Shown piece after piece: positions 9,130 to 18,601 of a DNA stretch of 64,000 bases. Position numbers and translations under genes: made by a program. Numbering within the stretch: the first letter of the stretch is position 1; every line of letters starts with the position of its first letter. Source of the stretch: an uncultured Bacteroidales bacterium (lineage in GTDB: Bacteria > Bacteroidota > Bacteroidia > Bacteroidales > Bacteroidaceae). The notes under the pieces were generated by a model, which worked only from the letters and a program-made list of their open reading frames with translations, made no database searches and was not told where the DNA came from. Where the stretch lies: NCBI GenBank assembly GCA_947303715.1, contig CAMYYY010000005.1, forward strand, positions 15,124-79,123. The letters run 5' to 3'.

Positions 9130-9757
9130 ACATTACGTTAGTGGAATCTGCGACAATCTCGCCAGCCTCGTTACGGGTAGCACGATCGTTCTCCTCAATG
9201 GGGAAGATGCCCTGCGTGCGGCGGATGCGGTAGTCGGTAAACTGCTGGTTGCTGGTGAAACCGTAGCCCGTGACGACGGTACCGTTTGCCTTCTCAATAC
9301 GAATGTAGGCATCGGACCATACGCGCTCCGTATCCTGATTCCAGAAGAGGGTGTCGGTATCGAAGATTTCGCCCTCGAGGTTCTCGATGTGGACGCTACC
9401 GTAGAGTTCCCAGAGCTTGCTTTGGTCGTAGTAGTAGGCGGTATCGGCGCGGACGGTAGCGTTGATGGTGAGGCTGTCGGAGAATTTTTCCAGATAGACA
9501 CCTTCTTCAAAAGCCCATTTGGAGGGATTGAGCTGGTCGTAGACATCCCAGCGATCCGCAAGGATGCGATAGCGAACGACACCCGAGTCAGATATCAGCG
9601 TCTCGATGTCGTAGGTGGTGAGGCCGGGGACGGAGTCGCGATTGGTGACGGCGTCGGTGTATTGTTTGTTATTGCGGCTGCACGAGGTAAATACGAGCAA
9701 AGCAATCGTCAGCAGGGCGATTGCTTTACACGTATTATGTATAGGAATGCTATCCAA
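9128..9757 (-). CDS. lptC: LPS export periplasmic protein LptC-like lipoprotein
   Basis: 209 aa with lipobox LVFTSC. The segment ...YRILADRWDVYDQ...EGVYLEKF...ADTAYYYDQSKLWELYGSVHIENLEGEIFDTDTLFWNQ...GYGFTSNQQFTDY resembles Bacteroidetes LptC. Confidence 0.6.
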   Translation of the reverse strand: MDSIPIHNTCKAIALLTIALLVFTSCSRNNKQYTDAVTNRDSVPGLTTYDIETLISDSGVVRYRILADRWDVYDQLNPSKWAFEEGVYLEKFSDSLTINATVRADTAYYYDQSKLWELYGSVHIENLEGEIFDTDTLFWNQDTERVWSDAYIRIEKANGTVVTGYGFTSNQQFTDYRIRRTQGIFPIEENDRATRNEAGEIVADSTNVM

Positions 9758-9760
9758 GCG

Positions 9761-11143
9761 TCAACGGATGGTGGTGTCCTCGTCGATGATGCCGCCTACG
9801 TGGACAGTATCACCAGGCTTAAGGCCGAGGAAGAACAGGTTGGCGGGGTCGGGCGTATGATCCTTGTAGACTCCGATGAGGCGGTTAGCTTCGGAAGTTA
9901 CGCTTTCATCAACGCTCTTGGCGCGGGCCAGCTTGTCGAGTACAACGTAGTACTTGCAGGGATTGAGCTCGGGCTTGTCGCTCCAGTTGGGGGCAGCGGC
10001 GTAGATGTTGGCGAGCAGGATGTAGTAGGAACCCTTGCGTCCGTTGAGGCCGATGGCGGTCTTGACGTAGCCCTTAGCCTTGGCGAGCTTCTTGTCGCTG
10101 TTGGCGATGACGGCAGCCTTGTAGTTGTACTCGGCCTTCTTGGCGTTGTCCTCTTCGAGGCTGATGGCCTGGTCGAAGAACTCGAGGCTCTTGTTGACGT
10201 CGCCACGCTTGTAGTAGCTGTAGGCGCAACCGGCAGCCGTGCCAGCCGTAGGCTGGATGTTGTGGGCGTGCTCAGAAGCTGCATAGTAGACGTCGCTCTC
10301 CGTGCAGTTCAGCAGAGCCATGACGGCAACCACCTTGCGCAGGTACTCGAGGTTCTCCTTGTTCTCCTCCACCTTGGGGGCGTAGATCTTCTGGAGCTGG
10401 TCGCAGTCGGCTGCGCCGCTGTTGATGAAGTAGGCGTCGACGTTGTCCTTCGTCTTCGTCACGGCGTTGATCATCTCGTTAGCCTTCTCCTCGGAGGGAT
10501 ACTCCGTGTCGATGGCCTTGCCGTAGATCTGGGCGATAAGCTCAGAGGCATAGAGGTAGTCCTGGATGAAGTCCTCGCGGAAGCTCTCGTCGGCTTTGAA
10601 AATGCCTGAGGAGGTCTTCATGAGGTCGCCGAGCAGATAGTACTCGCTGTCGATGCCGCCTGCCTCGAGGGATTTCATGAGCATCTCACGAGCCTGACGG
10701 GCGTCCATCTTGGGGTAATAGGTGATATAGTCGTGTGCCTTCTGACCGATGATGCGGTACTCCTTCAAGGGGTTCTTGAGGATGAGGTTGAGCTGGGGCA
10801 CGTACTTGACGTACTGGTCGTAGACCGCCATCAGCTCGTCGGCGTATGCCTTGCGGGGCTCAAGTTCCTTGCTCTTCGAGATGAGGTTCTTCAGGATGAC
10901 GATACCCTTCGTATAGGTAGCAGCCTGAGCGCAGGGAGCCTCCTGGAAGACCTTCTTCCACGGCTCGTAAGCCTCCTCGAAATTGTTGGTTTTGACGTAC
11001 TCGCTGTAGATGCTGATGTTGTTGAGGCAGTTGATGCTGTCTTGTCCGTGACCGAAGCGGGAACCGTCTTCAACGCCTTTCTGTGCAAATGCCATCGTGG
11101 CCGTGAGTGCCATGAGGCCGATCATCAAGAATAACTTTTTCAT
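9761..11143 (-). CDS. Secreted tetratricopeptide-repeat protein
   Basis: 460 aa with signal peptide MKKLFLMIGLMALTATMAFA and a helical repeat composition rich in A/Y/K/E. Confidence 0.6.
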   Translation of the reverse strand: MKKLFLMIGLMALTATMAFAQKGVEDGSRFGHGQDSINCLNNISIYSEYVKTNNFEEAYEPWKKVFQEAPCAQAATYTKGIVILKNLISKSKELEPRKAYADELMAVYDQYVKYVPQLNLILKNPLKEYRIIGQKAHDYITYYPKMDARQAREMLMKSLEAGGIDSEYYLLGDLMKTSSGIFKADESFREDFIQDYLYASELIAQIYGKAIDTEYPSEEKANEMINAVTKTKDNVDAYFINSGAADCDQLQKIYAPKVEENKENLEYLRKVVAVMALLNCTESDVYYAASEHAHNIQPTAGTAAGCAYSYYKRGDVNKSLEFFDQAISLEEDNAKKAEYNYKAAVIANSDKKLAKAKGYVKTAIGLNGRKGSYYILLANIYAAAPNWSDKPELNPCKYYVVLDKLARAKSVDESVTSEANRLIGVYKDHTPDPANLFFLGLKPGDTVHVGGIIDEDTTIR

Positions 11144-11257
11144 ATCCGTATAGGTTTTTTAGTTGAGTTAATATTCGTTGTTATGCTCTCTTGTTTTTGG
11201 TTTTTTGACTTGCTATATGGGGAAATGGTTTAAATATGATTCGTAAATGGCAGATTC

Positions 11258-11307
11258 TCAAATCTTCAATTTTCAATCTTCAATATTCAATATTCAATCT
11301 TCAATCT
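11258..11307. repeat. (TTCAATM)n heptamer spacer
   Basis: TCAAATCTTCAATTTTCAATCTTCAATATTCAATATTCAATCTTCAATCTTA abuts the stop of the OMP gene. The same heptamer family occurs at 29468-29492, 35153-35190 (inverted) and 45869-45891. Confidence 0.9.
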
Positions 11308-12614
11308 TAGTTGACTTTCCACTTGGTGAACCAGTTCTCGATGAACGATACGCTGAGGTTGAGGCGGAGGCAGTTCTCGGCTATCATGCCCGGCAGGGCG
11401 GGCTGGAGGCGGACGTACTGCCCCGAGATGTTGATGGTCGAGCGCTGATTCCAGCGGTTGATGATGGGGATGGCAAGTCCTACCGAAGCACCATACTCCG
11501 TAGGGCCTGCTGCGCCGTTCACATTATAATAAGGAGTGGCGTAGTGGACACCTGCGCGGTAGTGCATACAACGGAACAGGTTGTGGCGGTTGTAGGTGGG
11601 GATGTATTGCATTCCCAGCGCATAACGCCATTGGTCAACGCCCTTCTCGCCAAAGAATTCCGAGCCCGAGAAACGGGTAAGCCGTGCATCGGCAGCCAGC
11701 GTCAGATGATCGCCGTGTTTCCACGAAAGTCCGGCGCCGAGGGTCTCAGGAAGCGACAGGGGATTGTAGCTGAGGGTGTCGGCGCTCGTGGCCACGCTAC
11801 TGGTGACGACGTAATCGACGACGTAGGGCTGTCCCTTCATGGTGAGGGCGGGGCTATAGGTGGCGCCGAGGACGAAGCGGTTCTGCTTCGTACCCAGAGA
11901 AATCTGTACGCCTGCGTTCCAGCTGAATGAACTCACGTCGGCCGAATAGATCTTCGTTCGCGAGCTGATGGAACTGCTTGTGCTGCCCGATGCCGATCCG
12001 CCTGCCGATTCGCTGTAGCTGTTGGCCACCGTGTGCTGCAGGTAGCCGTAGGTATAGATGCCGTTAGCGCCGATGGAAATCCAGCGGAAGGGTTCCCATC
12101 CCAGACCGACGAAGGCCTGATGCAGACCTCCCTCGCCCGTGTAGCTGGTGGAGGTGGTGACGATGCCGTCGTCATCCTGACGGACGACAGCCGAGTTGCT
12201 GTACGCGTAGCCCACATTGCTGAAGGGCAGGTAGGCCAGCGTCATTCCCAGCCCGGGGAAGAGGCGCCATTGAGCAGCTAAGTAGTCGAACGTCGTATTG
12301 CGGGCATTCCGTCTGACGGAACCTTCGACGAAATTGGTGTTCTGCAGGCTCATGCCCATGTCGAATATAAAGGTAAGCGTGTCGACGGAGCTGTACGACG
12401 CAGGGTTCATCATGTTAATCTGGTTGTAGTTCCTGAGTCCCGTGCCTGTGCCGCCCATAGCCTTGTGGATGCCCATCTCGGGCAAGGCCAGTTGTCCGAA
12501 ACCGAAGCGGGTGTAGGGCGAGTTCATGCCGTTCTCAGCCCACGCAGCAGAGCCTCCTGCCAGCATGAGCAGACAGATTGCCACAATGTATAGCTTTTTC
12601 GTCATTACCTGCAT
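11307..12614 (-). CDS. Outer-membrane beta-barrel protein of unknown function
   Basis: Track ORF runs to 12722, but a -7 box lies at 12631-12638. ATG 12614 (MQVMTKKLYIVAICLLMLAGGSAAWA signal) is preferred. Alternating aromatic/Gly-rich strands and the C-terminal ...NWFTKWKVN are typical of an OMP. Confidence 0.6.
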   Translation of the reverse strand: MQVMTKKLYIVAICLLMLAGGSAAWAENGMNSPYTRFGFGQLALPEMGIHKAMGGTGTGLRNYNQINMMNPASYSSVDTLTFIFDMGMSLQNTNFVEGSVRRNARNTTFDYLAAQWRLFPGLGMTLAYLPFSNVGYAYSNSAVVRQDDDGIVTTSTSYTGEGGLHQAFVGLGWEPFRWISIGANGIYTYGYLQHTVANSYSESAGGSASGSTSSSISSRTKIYSADVSSFSWNAGVQISLGTKQNRFVLGATYSPALTMKGQPYVVDYVVTSSVATSADTLSYNPLSLPETLGAGLSWKHGDHLTLAADARLTRFSGSEFFGEKGVDQWRYALGMQYIPTYNRHNLFRCMHYRAGVHYATPYYNVNGAAGPTEYGASVGLAIPIINRWNQRSTINISGQYVRLQPALPGMIAENCLRLNLSVSFIENWFTKWKVN

Positions 12615-12630
12615 TTTCGCAAATCGGGTG

Positions 12631-12638
12631 CAAAGATA
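12631..12638 (-). promoter_or_regulatory. -7 box (TATCTTTG) with cassette-type spacer CTCGCCTTGTAC
   Basis: Plus strand reads CAAAGATAGTACAAGGCGAG, 17 nt upstream of ATG 12614. Confidence 0.65.
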
Positions 12639-12720
12639 GTACAAGGCGAGTGAAGAACAAAATAAATAAACATTTTTTATTTTTTCTTCCGAGCTCAAAG
12701 CTTCGGAAGCAGAAATAATC

Positions 12721-12941
12721 ATTAGCGGTTAAAAAGTTAATATAATTTTAGTAAATATAAGCCGCTCACGTGCTCGATATATTTATTATATATTATTTCA
12801 TTATTTTATATATTATATATATTATAATTATATATGAAAAAACCTACTGTTTCCACAATTCCTATGAATGCCGCATATGCGCACGCAGGAGGCTTAAAAG
12901 TTATATTAACTAAAAATTATATTAACTTTTTAACCGCTAAT
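12721..12941. mobile_element. MITE-like element: 29-bp perfect terminal inverted repeats around an AT-rich core
   Basis: ATTAGCGGTTAAAAAGTTAATATAATTTT at 12721-12749 is the exact reverse complement of 12913-12941. The core contains a (TATATATTAT)-like low-complexity tract. Confidence 0.5.
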
Positions 12942-13050
12942 GCGGCAAAATCAAACTCTGTTTATCTGGATTTTGGCTCCGGAATTATATTGTCAGACTC
13001 TAAATTTTTATTATCAAACTCTAAATTTTAATTGTTTGATTTTGGAAATT

Positions 13051-13155
13051 CGCTCAGCTTACCCTATCTTTAATCCCCTTCGGGGCTTTTAGATAGGCTG
13101 CGGCTCGGATAATTGCAAATACATTTGCATTATCGCTCGCCTTGCACTATCTTTG
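13051..13155 (+). repeat. Promoter-cassette repeat, single copy ending in a functional-looking promoter
   Basis: CGCTCAGCTTACCCTATCTTTAATCCCCTTCGGGGCTTTTAGATAGGCTGCGGCTCGGATAATTGCAAATACATTTGCATTATCGCTCGCCTTGCACTATCTTTG. The -33 TTTG is at 13124-13127 and the -7 at 13148-13155, with a 20-nt spacer. Confidence 0.85.
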
Positions 13156-13185
13156 CCAGACCGAATCAGAAGAAAGAAGACGACT

Positions 13186-13833
13186 ATGAACATCCGATTA
13201 GAACAACCCAAAGATTATCGCGAGGTGGAGAGCCTCACACGCGAGGCGTTTTGGAACGTCTATCGCCCGGGATGTACGGAGCATTATGTGCTCAATCAGT
13301 ATAGAACCAATCCCGATTTCATCCCCGAACTTGATTTCGTGATGGAGGAAGACGGAGGTCGCATCATAGGCCACATCATGTTCTCGCGCGCCGAGTTGGT
13401 GCTCGACGACGGCAGCAAAACGCCCTCCTGGACCTTTGGCCCCATCAGCATTCACCCCGATTATAAGCGCCAGGGTTACGGCCTGCGGCTGCTGAATTAT
13501 TCGTTGGAGAGGGCCCGCGAACTGGGCGTCGGCTTCCTTTGCATGGAGGGCAACATCGACTTCTATCGTCATGCCGGCTTCGGCCTTGCCAGCCGTTTGG
13601 GCATCCACTACCACGCCGAGCCGCGCGACGCCGAGGTGCCCTATTTCCTTGCCCAGGAACTTATTCCCGGCTGGCTGAAGAGCCAAGGAATCACTAGTGC
13701 CACCTATTGCCCCCCATGTGGATACTTTGTGGCAGATAATAACCCTGAAGCCTTCGAGGCCTACGAGGCTACTTTCCCTCCGAAAGAAAAGCTCCGCCTC
13801 CCGGGGCAGTTAGACGATGAGAAAAAGTGTTAA
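13186..13833 (+). CDS. GNAT-family N-acetyltransferase
   Basis: The track ORF starts at a TTG inside the -7 box, so ATG 13186 (MNIRLEQPKDYREVE) is preferred. The acetyl-CoA motif region is HPDYKRQGYGLRLLNYSLERARELG. Confidence 0.8.
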   Translation: MNIRLEQPKDYREVESLTREAFWNVYRPGCTEHYVLNQYRTNPDFIPELDFVMEEDGGRIIGHIMFSRAELVLDDGSKTPSWTFGPISIHPDYKRQGYGLRLLNYSLERARELGVGFLCMEGNIDFYRHAGFGLASRLGIHYHAEPRDAEVPYFLAQELIPGWLKSQGITSATYCPPCGYFVADNNPEAFEAYEATFPPKEKLRLPGQLDDEKKC

Positions 13834-13869
13834 GCGATAGTCCGTCCCTTGCTTAATGGCAGACCTGAA

Positions 13870-14775
13870 CTAAGTTCGAGCCTGCTCATGCTCGGCAGAG
13901 TCGATGCGAGCATCATCCTGCCCTTGCTTAATCGCATCCTTGACCTTTGACATGTTGCTGCGCGAGACGGGGAGTGATTCGTGGCCGTGTCTGATGAGCA
14001 GCTGGGTGGAACCGGAATGCGAGATGATTTGCTCTACCTGACCGAGGTTGACCAGGAAGGCGCGATGGCAGCGGACAATCGACGGATAGCCATGCAACGC
14101 TTCCTCCATTTGTTTCATAGTGGCACGCAGCAGGTCGCTTTGCACCTGTCCGTCGCGCAGCTGAAAGACTTTCACGTAGTTGCCTACGGCTTCGATATAG
14201 AGGAGGTCGGGGATGCGGAGCGTGACGGTCTCGCTGGTGTTGCCGGTGAGCGTGACGGCCGACGGGGGCTGGGAGGGGATGGAGGTGGTCTGCGACCGGG
14301 ACAGCTGTTCGTTCAGCAGGCGTGTCTCCTCCAGCTCGGCGGCCAGGTAGCGGCTGCGGAACTTGAAGCGCCAGTAGAGTCCGATGGCGAACGAGCAAAA
14401 GGCAATGATGGCGAGCGTCTCGAGGAAGTTACTCCACGAGAGGTGGTTGCTCTCCATCCGGTTGCTCAGCACCCTGTCCCGATAGAGGCATATCATCAGC
14501 GATACCAGTGGCGTGTTGATGAGCTGGAACCAGAGGTTGCGGCGTATGATGTATTCAATCCCCGGCTCGGCTGAGCGCGGCTTTCCGACGATATACGTCA
14601 GTATGGCTTCCGTCAGGAGGCAGACGCCGAAGCCCAGCACGCCCACCGCCAGCAGATGGGCGTAGGCCTCCCATTGCCAGACGGCAAGTCCGAAGGGCTT
14701 GAATATCGCTAATGCCAGCACGACGAATCCGACACTGACAACGCGGACGCGGATAAACTCCTTTTCCATGATCAT
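13870..14775 (-). CDS. Membrane-anchored LytTR-domain DNA-binding protein
   Basis: ATG 14775 (MIMEKEF...) is preferred over the track start 14862. It has 4-5 TM helices followed by the LytTR domain (LLYIEAVGNYVKVFQL...IVRCHRAFLVNLGQVEQI). Confidence 0.8.
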   Translation of the reverse strand: MIMEKEFIRVRVVSVGFVVLALAIFKPFGLAVWQWEAYAHLLAVGVLGFGVCLLTEAILTYIVGKPRSAEPGIEYIIRRNLWFQLINTPLVSLMICLYRDRVLSNRMESNHLSWSNFLETLAIIAFCSFAIGLYWRFKFRSRYLAAELEETRLLNEQLSRSQTTSIPSQPPSAVTLTGNTSETVTLRIPDLLYIEAVGNYVKVFQLRDGQVQSDLLRATMKQMEEALHGYPSIVRCHRAFLVNLGQVEQIISHSGSTQLLIRHGHESLPVSRSNMSKVKDAIKQGQDDARIDSAEHEQART

Positions 14776-14779
14776 GCGG

Positions 14780-14787
14780 CAAATATA
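14780..14787 (-). promoter_or_regulatory. -7 box (TATATTTG) ending 4 nt before the LytTR ATG
   Basis: Plus strand reads CAAATATA at 14780-14787. Confidence 0.5.
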
Positions 14788-14887
14788 CGACATTTTCTGA
14801 AACGATGATTCATTTCCGTTACAAAAAATGCCGTTTGTCCCATTCTTCCTGCCACTCGTCACAAAACCCAGCAGAATATCCCAGAAA

Positions 14888-14919
14888 TTTGTGCGTATCG
14901 GCGGAGCGCCCTACTTTTG
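14888..14919 (+). promoter_or_regulatory. Promoter (-33 TTTG, 20 nt, -7 TACTTTTG) for the outer-membrane receptor gene
   Basis: TTTG at 14888-14891 and TACTTTTG at 14912-14919. The leader to ATG 15010 is about 90 nt. Confidence 0.65.
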
Positions 14920-15009
14920 CAGCCGAAATGCACCAGCCATGCATCTTTTTGGTCACACCGGCGGTGTCAGTATCCGGAATGACGATAGAAACGAATAAAA
15001 AATAAAACA

Positions 15010-17424
15010 ATGAAAAGAGACAAACTGAGAGTGGCCCTGCTGATGGCTGCCTTGATGATGACCGTGACGGCTTTTGCCAAGAAGGCCCATGACGTCGATG
15101 GAAAAGTAGTTGACGAGAAAGGCCAGCCGCTGGCGTTCGTGAACGTGGTGCTACTGTCGCTGCCCGATTCGGCCTTCGTGCAAGGCACGGTGACGGACGA
15201 GGACGGCCAGTTCTCCCTCGTCGCCGACAAAAGCGGCGGCGTGCTGCGGGTGTCGAGCGTGGGCTATGTGACGCAATACCTCAGCGTGACGGCGGTTTCC
15301 GGGTTCGCCGTCCAGCTGAAGGAGGACGCCCAGATGCTGGGCGAGGTGGTGGTCGCCGGCCATCTGCCCAAGACCAAGCTGACAGGCGAGGGTCTGCAGA
15401 TGAACGTCGAGGGGTCGGTGCTGGCCAACGTGGGCTCGGCGGAGGACGTGCTGTCCAAGACCCCCGGAATCATCAAGAACGCCAACGGCCTGGAGGTCAT
15501 CGGCAAGGGCTCGCCGCTCGTCTATATCAACGGCCGGCGCGTCACCGACATGAGCGAGCTCGAACGCCTGCAGAGCAACGAAATCCAAAGCGTCGAGGTC
15601 ATCACCAACCCTGGCGCCCAGTACGATGCCACCGTGCGCAGCGTCGTCCGCATCCGCACCGTCCGCCGTCAGGGCGACGGCTTCGGATTCAATCTGAATG
15701 CATCTGATGAACAGTCGTTTAGATGGGACAGGGGCAACGACCCCTTCGGCGCTGTCAACGTGAACTACCGCACGGGAGGGTTGGACTTCTTCGGCGGAGT
15801 CAACTATGCCCGCAACACCTCCCGGCAGGAAAGCGAGTTGGAGAAGCAGACCTTTGGCACGACCGTCGCAGGGAACGACTGGCTCTTCGAGAACAAGGGA
15901 ACGCTCCTGAACGAATATGTCGGCAGCACACTCTATGGCAACGCCGGCGTGAACTGGCAGATGGCTGACAACCACTTCCTGGGCGGCAAGGTGGAATGGG
16001 GCCGACACCTCACCTACGACGTGCATACGGAGGTGAAAGACAATGTGTTCGAAAACCGGACGCTAGTGGACAAGCTTACCACGGTGTCGGATGACACGAT
16101 GGGGGAGTGGACACCTTACAACCTGGGCGCCAACCTCTATTACAACGGCCTTGCCCAGGGCAATTTGGGCATTGATATCAACCTGGACTATTACGGAACG
16201 GACGATAGTTCCAAGTCCGTATCTATGGAAACGAGCGACATGACGCACAACGCCGCCATCCGGAGCGGCAGCACCAATGCAGGCCGTATGTACGCCGCCA
16301 AGGCGGTGCTGTCCTATCCCATCTGGAAGGGTCAGGTGCAGGCCGGGACGGAAGAGACTTTCTCCCACCGGATGGACAATTATTCGGTGGACGGTATCGA
16401 CATCCCAGCTTCGCAGGCCACAGTAAAGGAGGATAATATCGCCGGATTCGCCTCTTACGGCTGCTATTTGCCCAAGGTAGGGCAGCTGAACGCTGGTGCG
16501 CGTTACGAGTGGGTGCATTACGCCTACGAGGATGCAGTGACGCCCGCTAATGACCTAACCCGCGACTACGGAAACTGGTTCCCCAATGTCTCCTACGCCG
16601 GTGTCATCGGCGCTCAGTCGCAGAATCCGGTTCAGGTAATGCTGAATTACAGCACCAAAACCAGCAGGCCGCATTATGGGAATCTGTCGAGTGCAATACG
16701 CTATAACAGCCGATATATCTGGCAGAGCGGCAATTCCCAGTTGCAGCCGGAGCTGTCCCATAATATCGGCCTTACTACAGTGTGGAAGTATATCACAGTC
16801 ATGTTGAACTATTCCCGCACGGACGATGCCATCGTCACCTGGTCGGCTCCTTACGGTGCCGATGGCGTAGTGCTGGTAAAGCCCCGTAACATTGAAACGC
16901 CTTTCCGCATGATGTCCGCCTACGTGAACCTGACCCCTACAGTGGGCCCCTGGAATATCAATTATACATTGGGTATCCTGCCTCAGTGGTTCACGATAAA
17001 TGCCCCGGATCCGCGTGAAGCATCCGGCATACGAGTGACCACGTTCAACAACAAGCCCATCTTCTTTGCCCAGCTTTTCAATACCTTCACCGTGAAGGGA
17101 GGATGGCAGTTTGAACTGGGAGGAGTGTTTATGAGTCCCGGCTATTCCCGGAACCTGTATATGACCAACTGGTTCGTTGACCTCACTGCCGCCGTGCAGA
17201 AGACGCTGCTCCGTGACGGCTCGCTTGTACTGCGCCTTGAAGGAGAGGACCTTACACGTACTGCACATTTCAATGTCAATTCCGATTTCGGTAGCCATAC
17301 CATCATGCAGACAAACATGATGGACACACAGAAGGTGAAACTATCCGTCCGCTACAACTTCAACACAGCCCAGAGCAAGTACCGCGGCACCGGCGCCGGC
17401 GCCGACAGCAAGGCCAGAATGTAA
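15010..17424 (+). CDS. TonB-dependent-receptor-like outer-membrane beta-barrel protein with carboxypeptidase-regulatory-like N-domain
   Basis: 804 aa with a signal peptide. It has a CarbopepD_reg-like segment (GKVVDEKGQPLAFVNVVLLS...GTVTDEDGQFSL) and a plug-like segment (VEVITNPGAQYDA), followed by a long barrel. Confidence 0.8.
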   Translation: MKRDKLRVALLMAALMMTVTAFAKKAHDVDGKVVDEKGQPLAFVNVVLLSLPDSAFVQGTVTDEDGQFSLVADKSGGVLRVSSVGYVTQYLSVTAVSGFAVQLKEDAQMLGEVVVAGHLPKTKLTGEGLQMNVEGSVLANVGSAEDVLSKTPGIIKNANGLEVIGKGSPLVYINGRRVTDMSELERLQSNEIQSVEVITNPGAQYDATVRSVVRIRTVRRQGDGFGFNLNASDEQSFRWDRGNDPFGAVNVNYRTGGLDFFGGVNYARNTSRQESELEKQTFGTTVAGNDWLFENKGTLLNEYVGSTLYGNAGVNWQMADNHFLGGKVEWGRHLTYDVHTEVKDNVFENRTLVDKLTTVSDDTMGEWTPYNLGANLYYNGLAQGNLGIDINLDYYGTDDSSKSVSMETSDMTHNAAIRSGSTNAGRMYAAKAVLSYPIWKGQVQAGTEETFSHRMDNYSVDGIDIPASQATVKEDNIAGFASYGCYLPKVGQLNAGARYEWVHYAYEDAVTPANDLTRDYGNWFPNVSYAGVIGAQSQNPVQVMLNYSTKTSRPHYGNLSSAIRYNSRYIWQSGNSQLQPELSHNIGLTTVWKYITVMLNYSRTDDAIVTWSAPYGADGVVLVKPRNIETPFRMMSAYVNLTPTVGPWNINYTLGILPQWFTINAPDPREASGIRVTTFNNKPIFFAQLFNTFTVKGGWQFELGGVFMSPGYSRNLYMTNWFVDLTAAVQKTLLRDGSLVLRLEGEDLTRTAHFNVNSDFGSHTIMQTNMMDTQKVKLSVRYNFNTAQSKYRGTGAGADSKARM

Positions 17425-17432
17425 AAAATTCC

Positions 17433-17440
17433 TATATTTG
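17433..17440 (+). promoter_or_regulatory. -7 box TATATTTG
   Basis: Lies 24 nt upstream of ATG 17464. Confidence 0.55.
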
Positions 17441-17463
17441 AAACGCAAAAAGTGAAGTGTTAT

Positions 17464-18189
17464 ATGGAAATGAAGTTTTGTCAAAGTTGCGGAATGCCGC
17501 TCACAGATGAAGTCCTCGGCACCAATGCCGACGGCACGAAGAATGAGGATTACTGCATGTACTGCTTTCGAGAAGGTAAGTTCCTGCAGGACTGCACGAT
17601 GGACGAAACGATTGAGCACTGCGCCCAATTCATCGATGAGGTGAACAAAGGGTTGCCGAATCCCATCACAAAGGAAGAGTACATCGGCCAGATGAAGATG
17701 TATTTTCCGCATCTGAAACGTTGGCGCAAAGAACTGACACTTACGGATTCTATGCCGGAGAATCCCGCTCTGGCCGGCGTGAAGGAACTCATCGGTCAAA
17801 TGGCCGATACACTCCCGATTGCCTTCATTTCTTCCGTGGATGATGAAGGATACCCCTGCACAAAGGCCATGCTCTCGCCGCGAGTGCGTGAGGGCATTAA
17901 GGTGTTCTATTTCACCACCAATACCTTCTCCCTGCGAGTAGCGCAATACAAGGCGAATCCCAAGGCCAGCATCTACTTCTGTGACGCCGAGGGCTTCAAG
18001 GGTATGATGTTGCGCGGCACGATGGAGGTGCTGACGGATGCCGCCTCGAAGGAGATGATCTGGCGCGACGGCGACGAGCAGTATTACCCCGGCGGCGTCA
18101 CCGACTCGAACTACTGCGTCTTGAAGTTCACCGCCACCGACGGCCGTTTCTACAGCGACTTCTATCCCCGCAGTTTTGTGATTGAGTAA
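17464..18189 (+). CDS. Zinc-ribbon domain fused to a pyridoxamine 5'-phosphate oxidase-family (FMN-binding split barrel) domain
   Basis: The N-terminus M(E)MKFCQSCGMPLTDEVLGTNADGTKNEDYCMYCFREGKF is a paralog of ORF 24009-24275. The C-terminus IAFISSVDDEGYPCTKAM...ASIYFCDAEGFKGMMLRGTMEVL is PNPOx-like. The track start is a GTG at 17452. Confidence 0.7.
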   Translation: MEMKFCQSCGMPLTDEVLGTNADGTKNEDYCMYCFREGKFLQDCTMDETIEHCAQFIDEVNKGLPNPITKEEYIGQMKMYFPHLKRWRKELTLTDSMPENPALAGVKELIGQMADTLPIAFISSVDDEGYPCTKAMLSPRVREGIKVFYFTTNTFSLRVAQYKANPKASIYFCDAEGFKGMMLRGTMEVLTDAASKEMIWRDGDEQYYPGGVTDSNYCVLKFTATDGRFYSDFYPRSFVIE

Positions 18190-18226
18190 ATGATGAGCAA
18201 CAAAGTACGTCATCGGTTACATTGAT

Positions 18227-18601
18227 ATGTGCTATAGAGAAGAAGCCATCGAATGTGTAAAAGGTCATGTTCTCCAGATACATAAGCAAATATATGCCAA
18301 GTATGAAGGGAATTTTGACAAGATCTTTACGGAAGGGTACAACAGCAAGTCCTATACGGGTAGGGTGGTTGAGCCAGGAAAGATTTATGAACTGAGTTAT
18401 CTGGAATGTACGTGCCCTAAAGTTAAATGTGGGCTGAGAAACCATCCGCAGCAGTGTGAGTGCTCACGACAGAGCATTCTATATATCTTGTCGCAACTTG
18501 AACCGGACAGCCAATTCGATGTTCGGATTGAGAATACGATTCTCAGGGGAAGCGACCGCTGTACTTTCAGAATAACAAAGCATTCGTCAGAGTGCCAATG
18601 A
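18227..18601 (+). CDS. Cys-rich hypothetical protein
   Basis: 124 aa with CTCPKVKC...HPQQCECSRQ...DRCTF, which suggests a metal-binding protein. No confident family assignment. Confidence 0.4.
   Translation: MCYREEAIECVKGHVLQIHKQIYAKYEGNFDKIFTEGYNSKSYTGRVVEPGKIYELSYLECTCPKVKCGLRNHPQQCECSRQSILYILSQLEPDSQFDVRIENTILRGSDRCTFRITKHSSECQ

Noticed and set aside
12834-13031. 65-aa ORF in the AT-rich/TIR region. Similar short ORFs lie inside repeat tracts at 7012-7212, 21441-21635, 48225-48463, 48542-48818 and 20351-20560.
   Set aside because: They lie entirely within low-complexity or repeat DNA, lack promoter boxes, and have repeat-driven amino-acid composition.
14863-15009. A possible riboswitch or attenuator in the roughly 90-nt leader of the TonB-dependent-receptor-like gene, and likewise in the roughly 90-nt secA leader at 31751-31840.
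   Set aside because: Only short, generic palindromes such as CCGGCGGTG are present. I could not recognise any match to a known riboswitch core.
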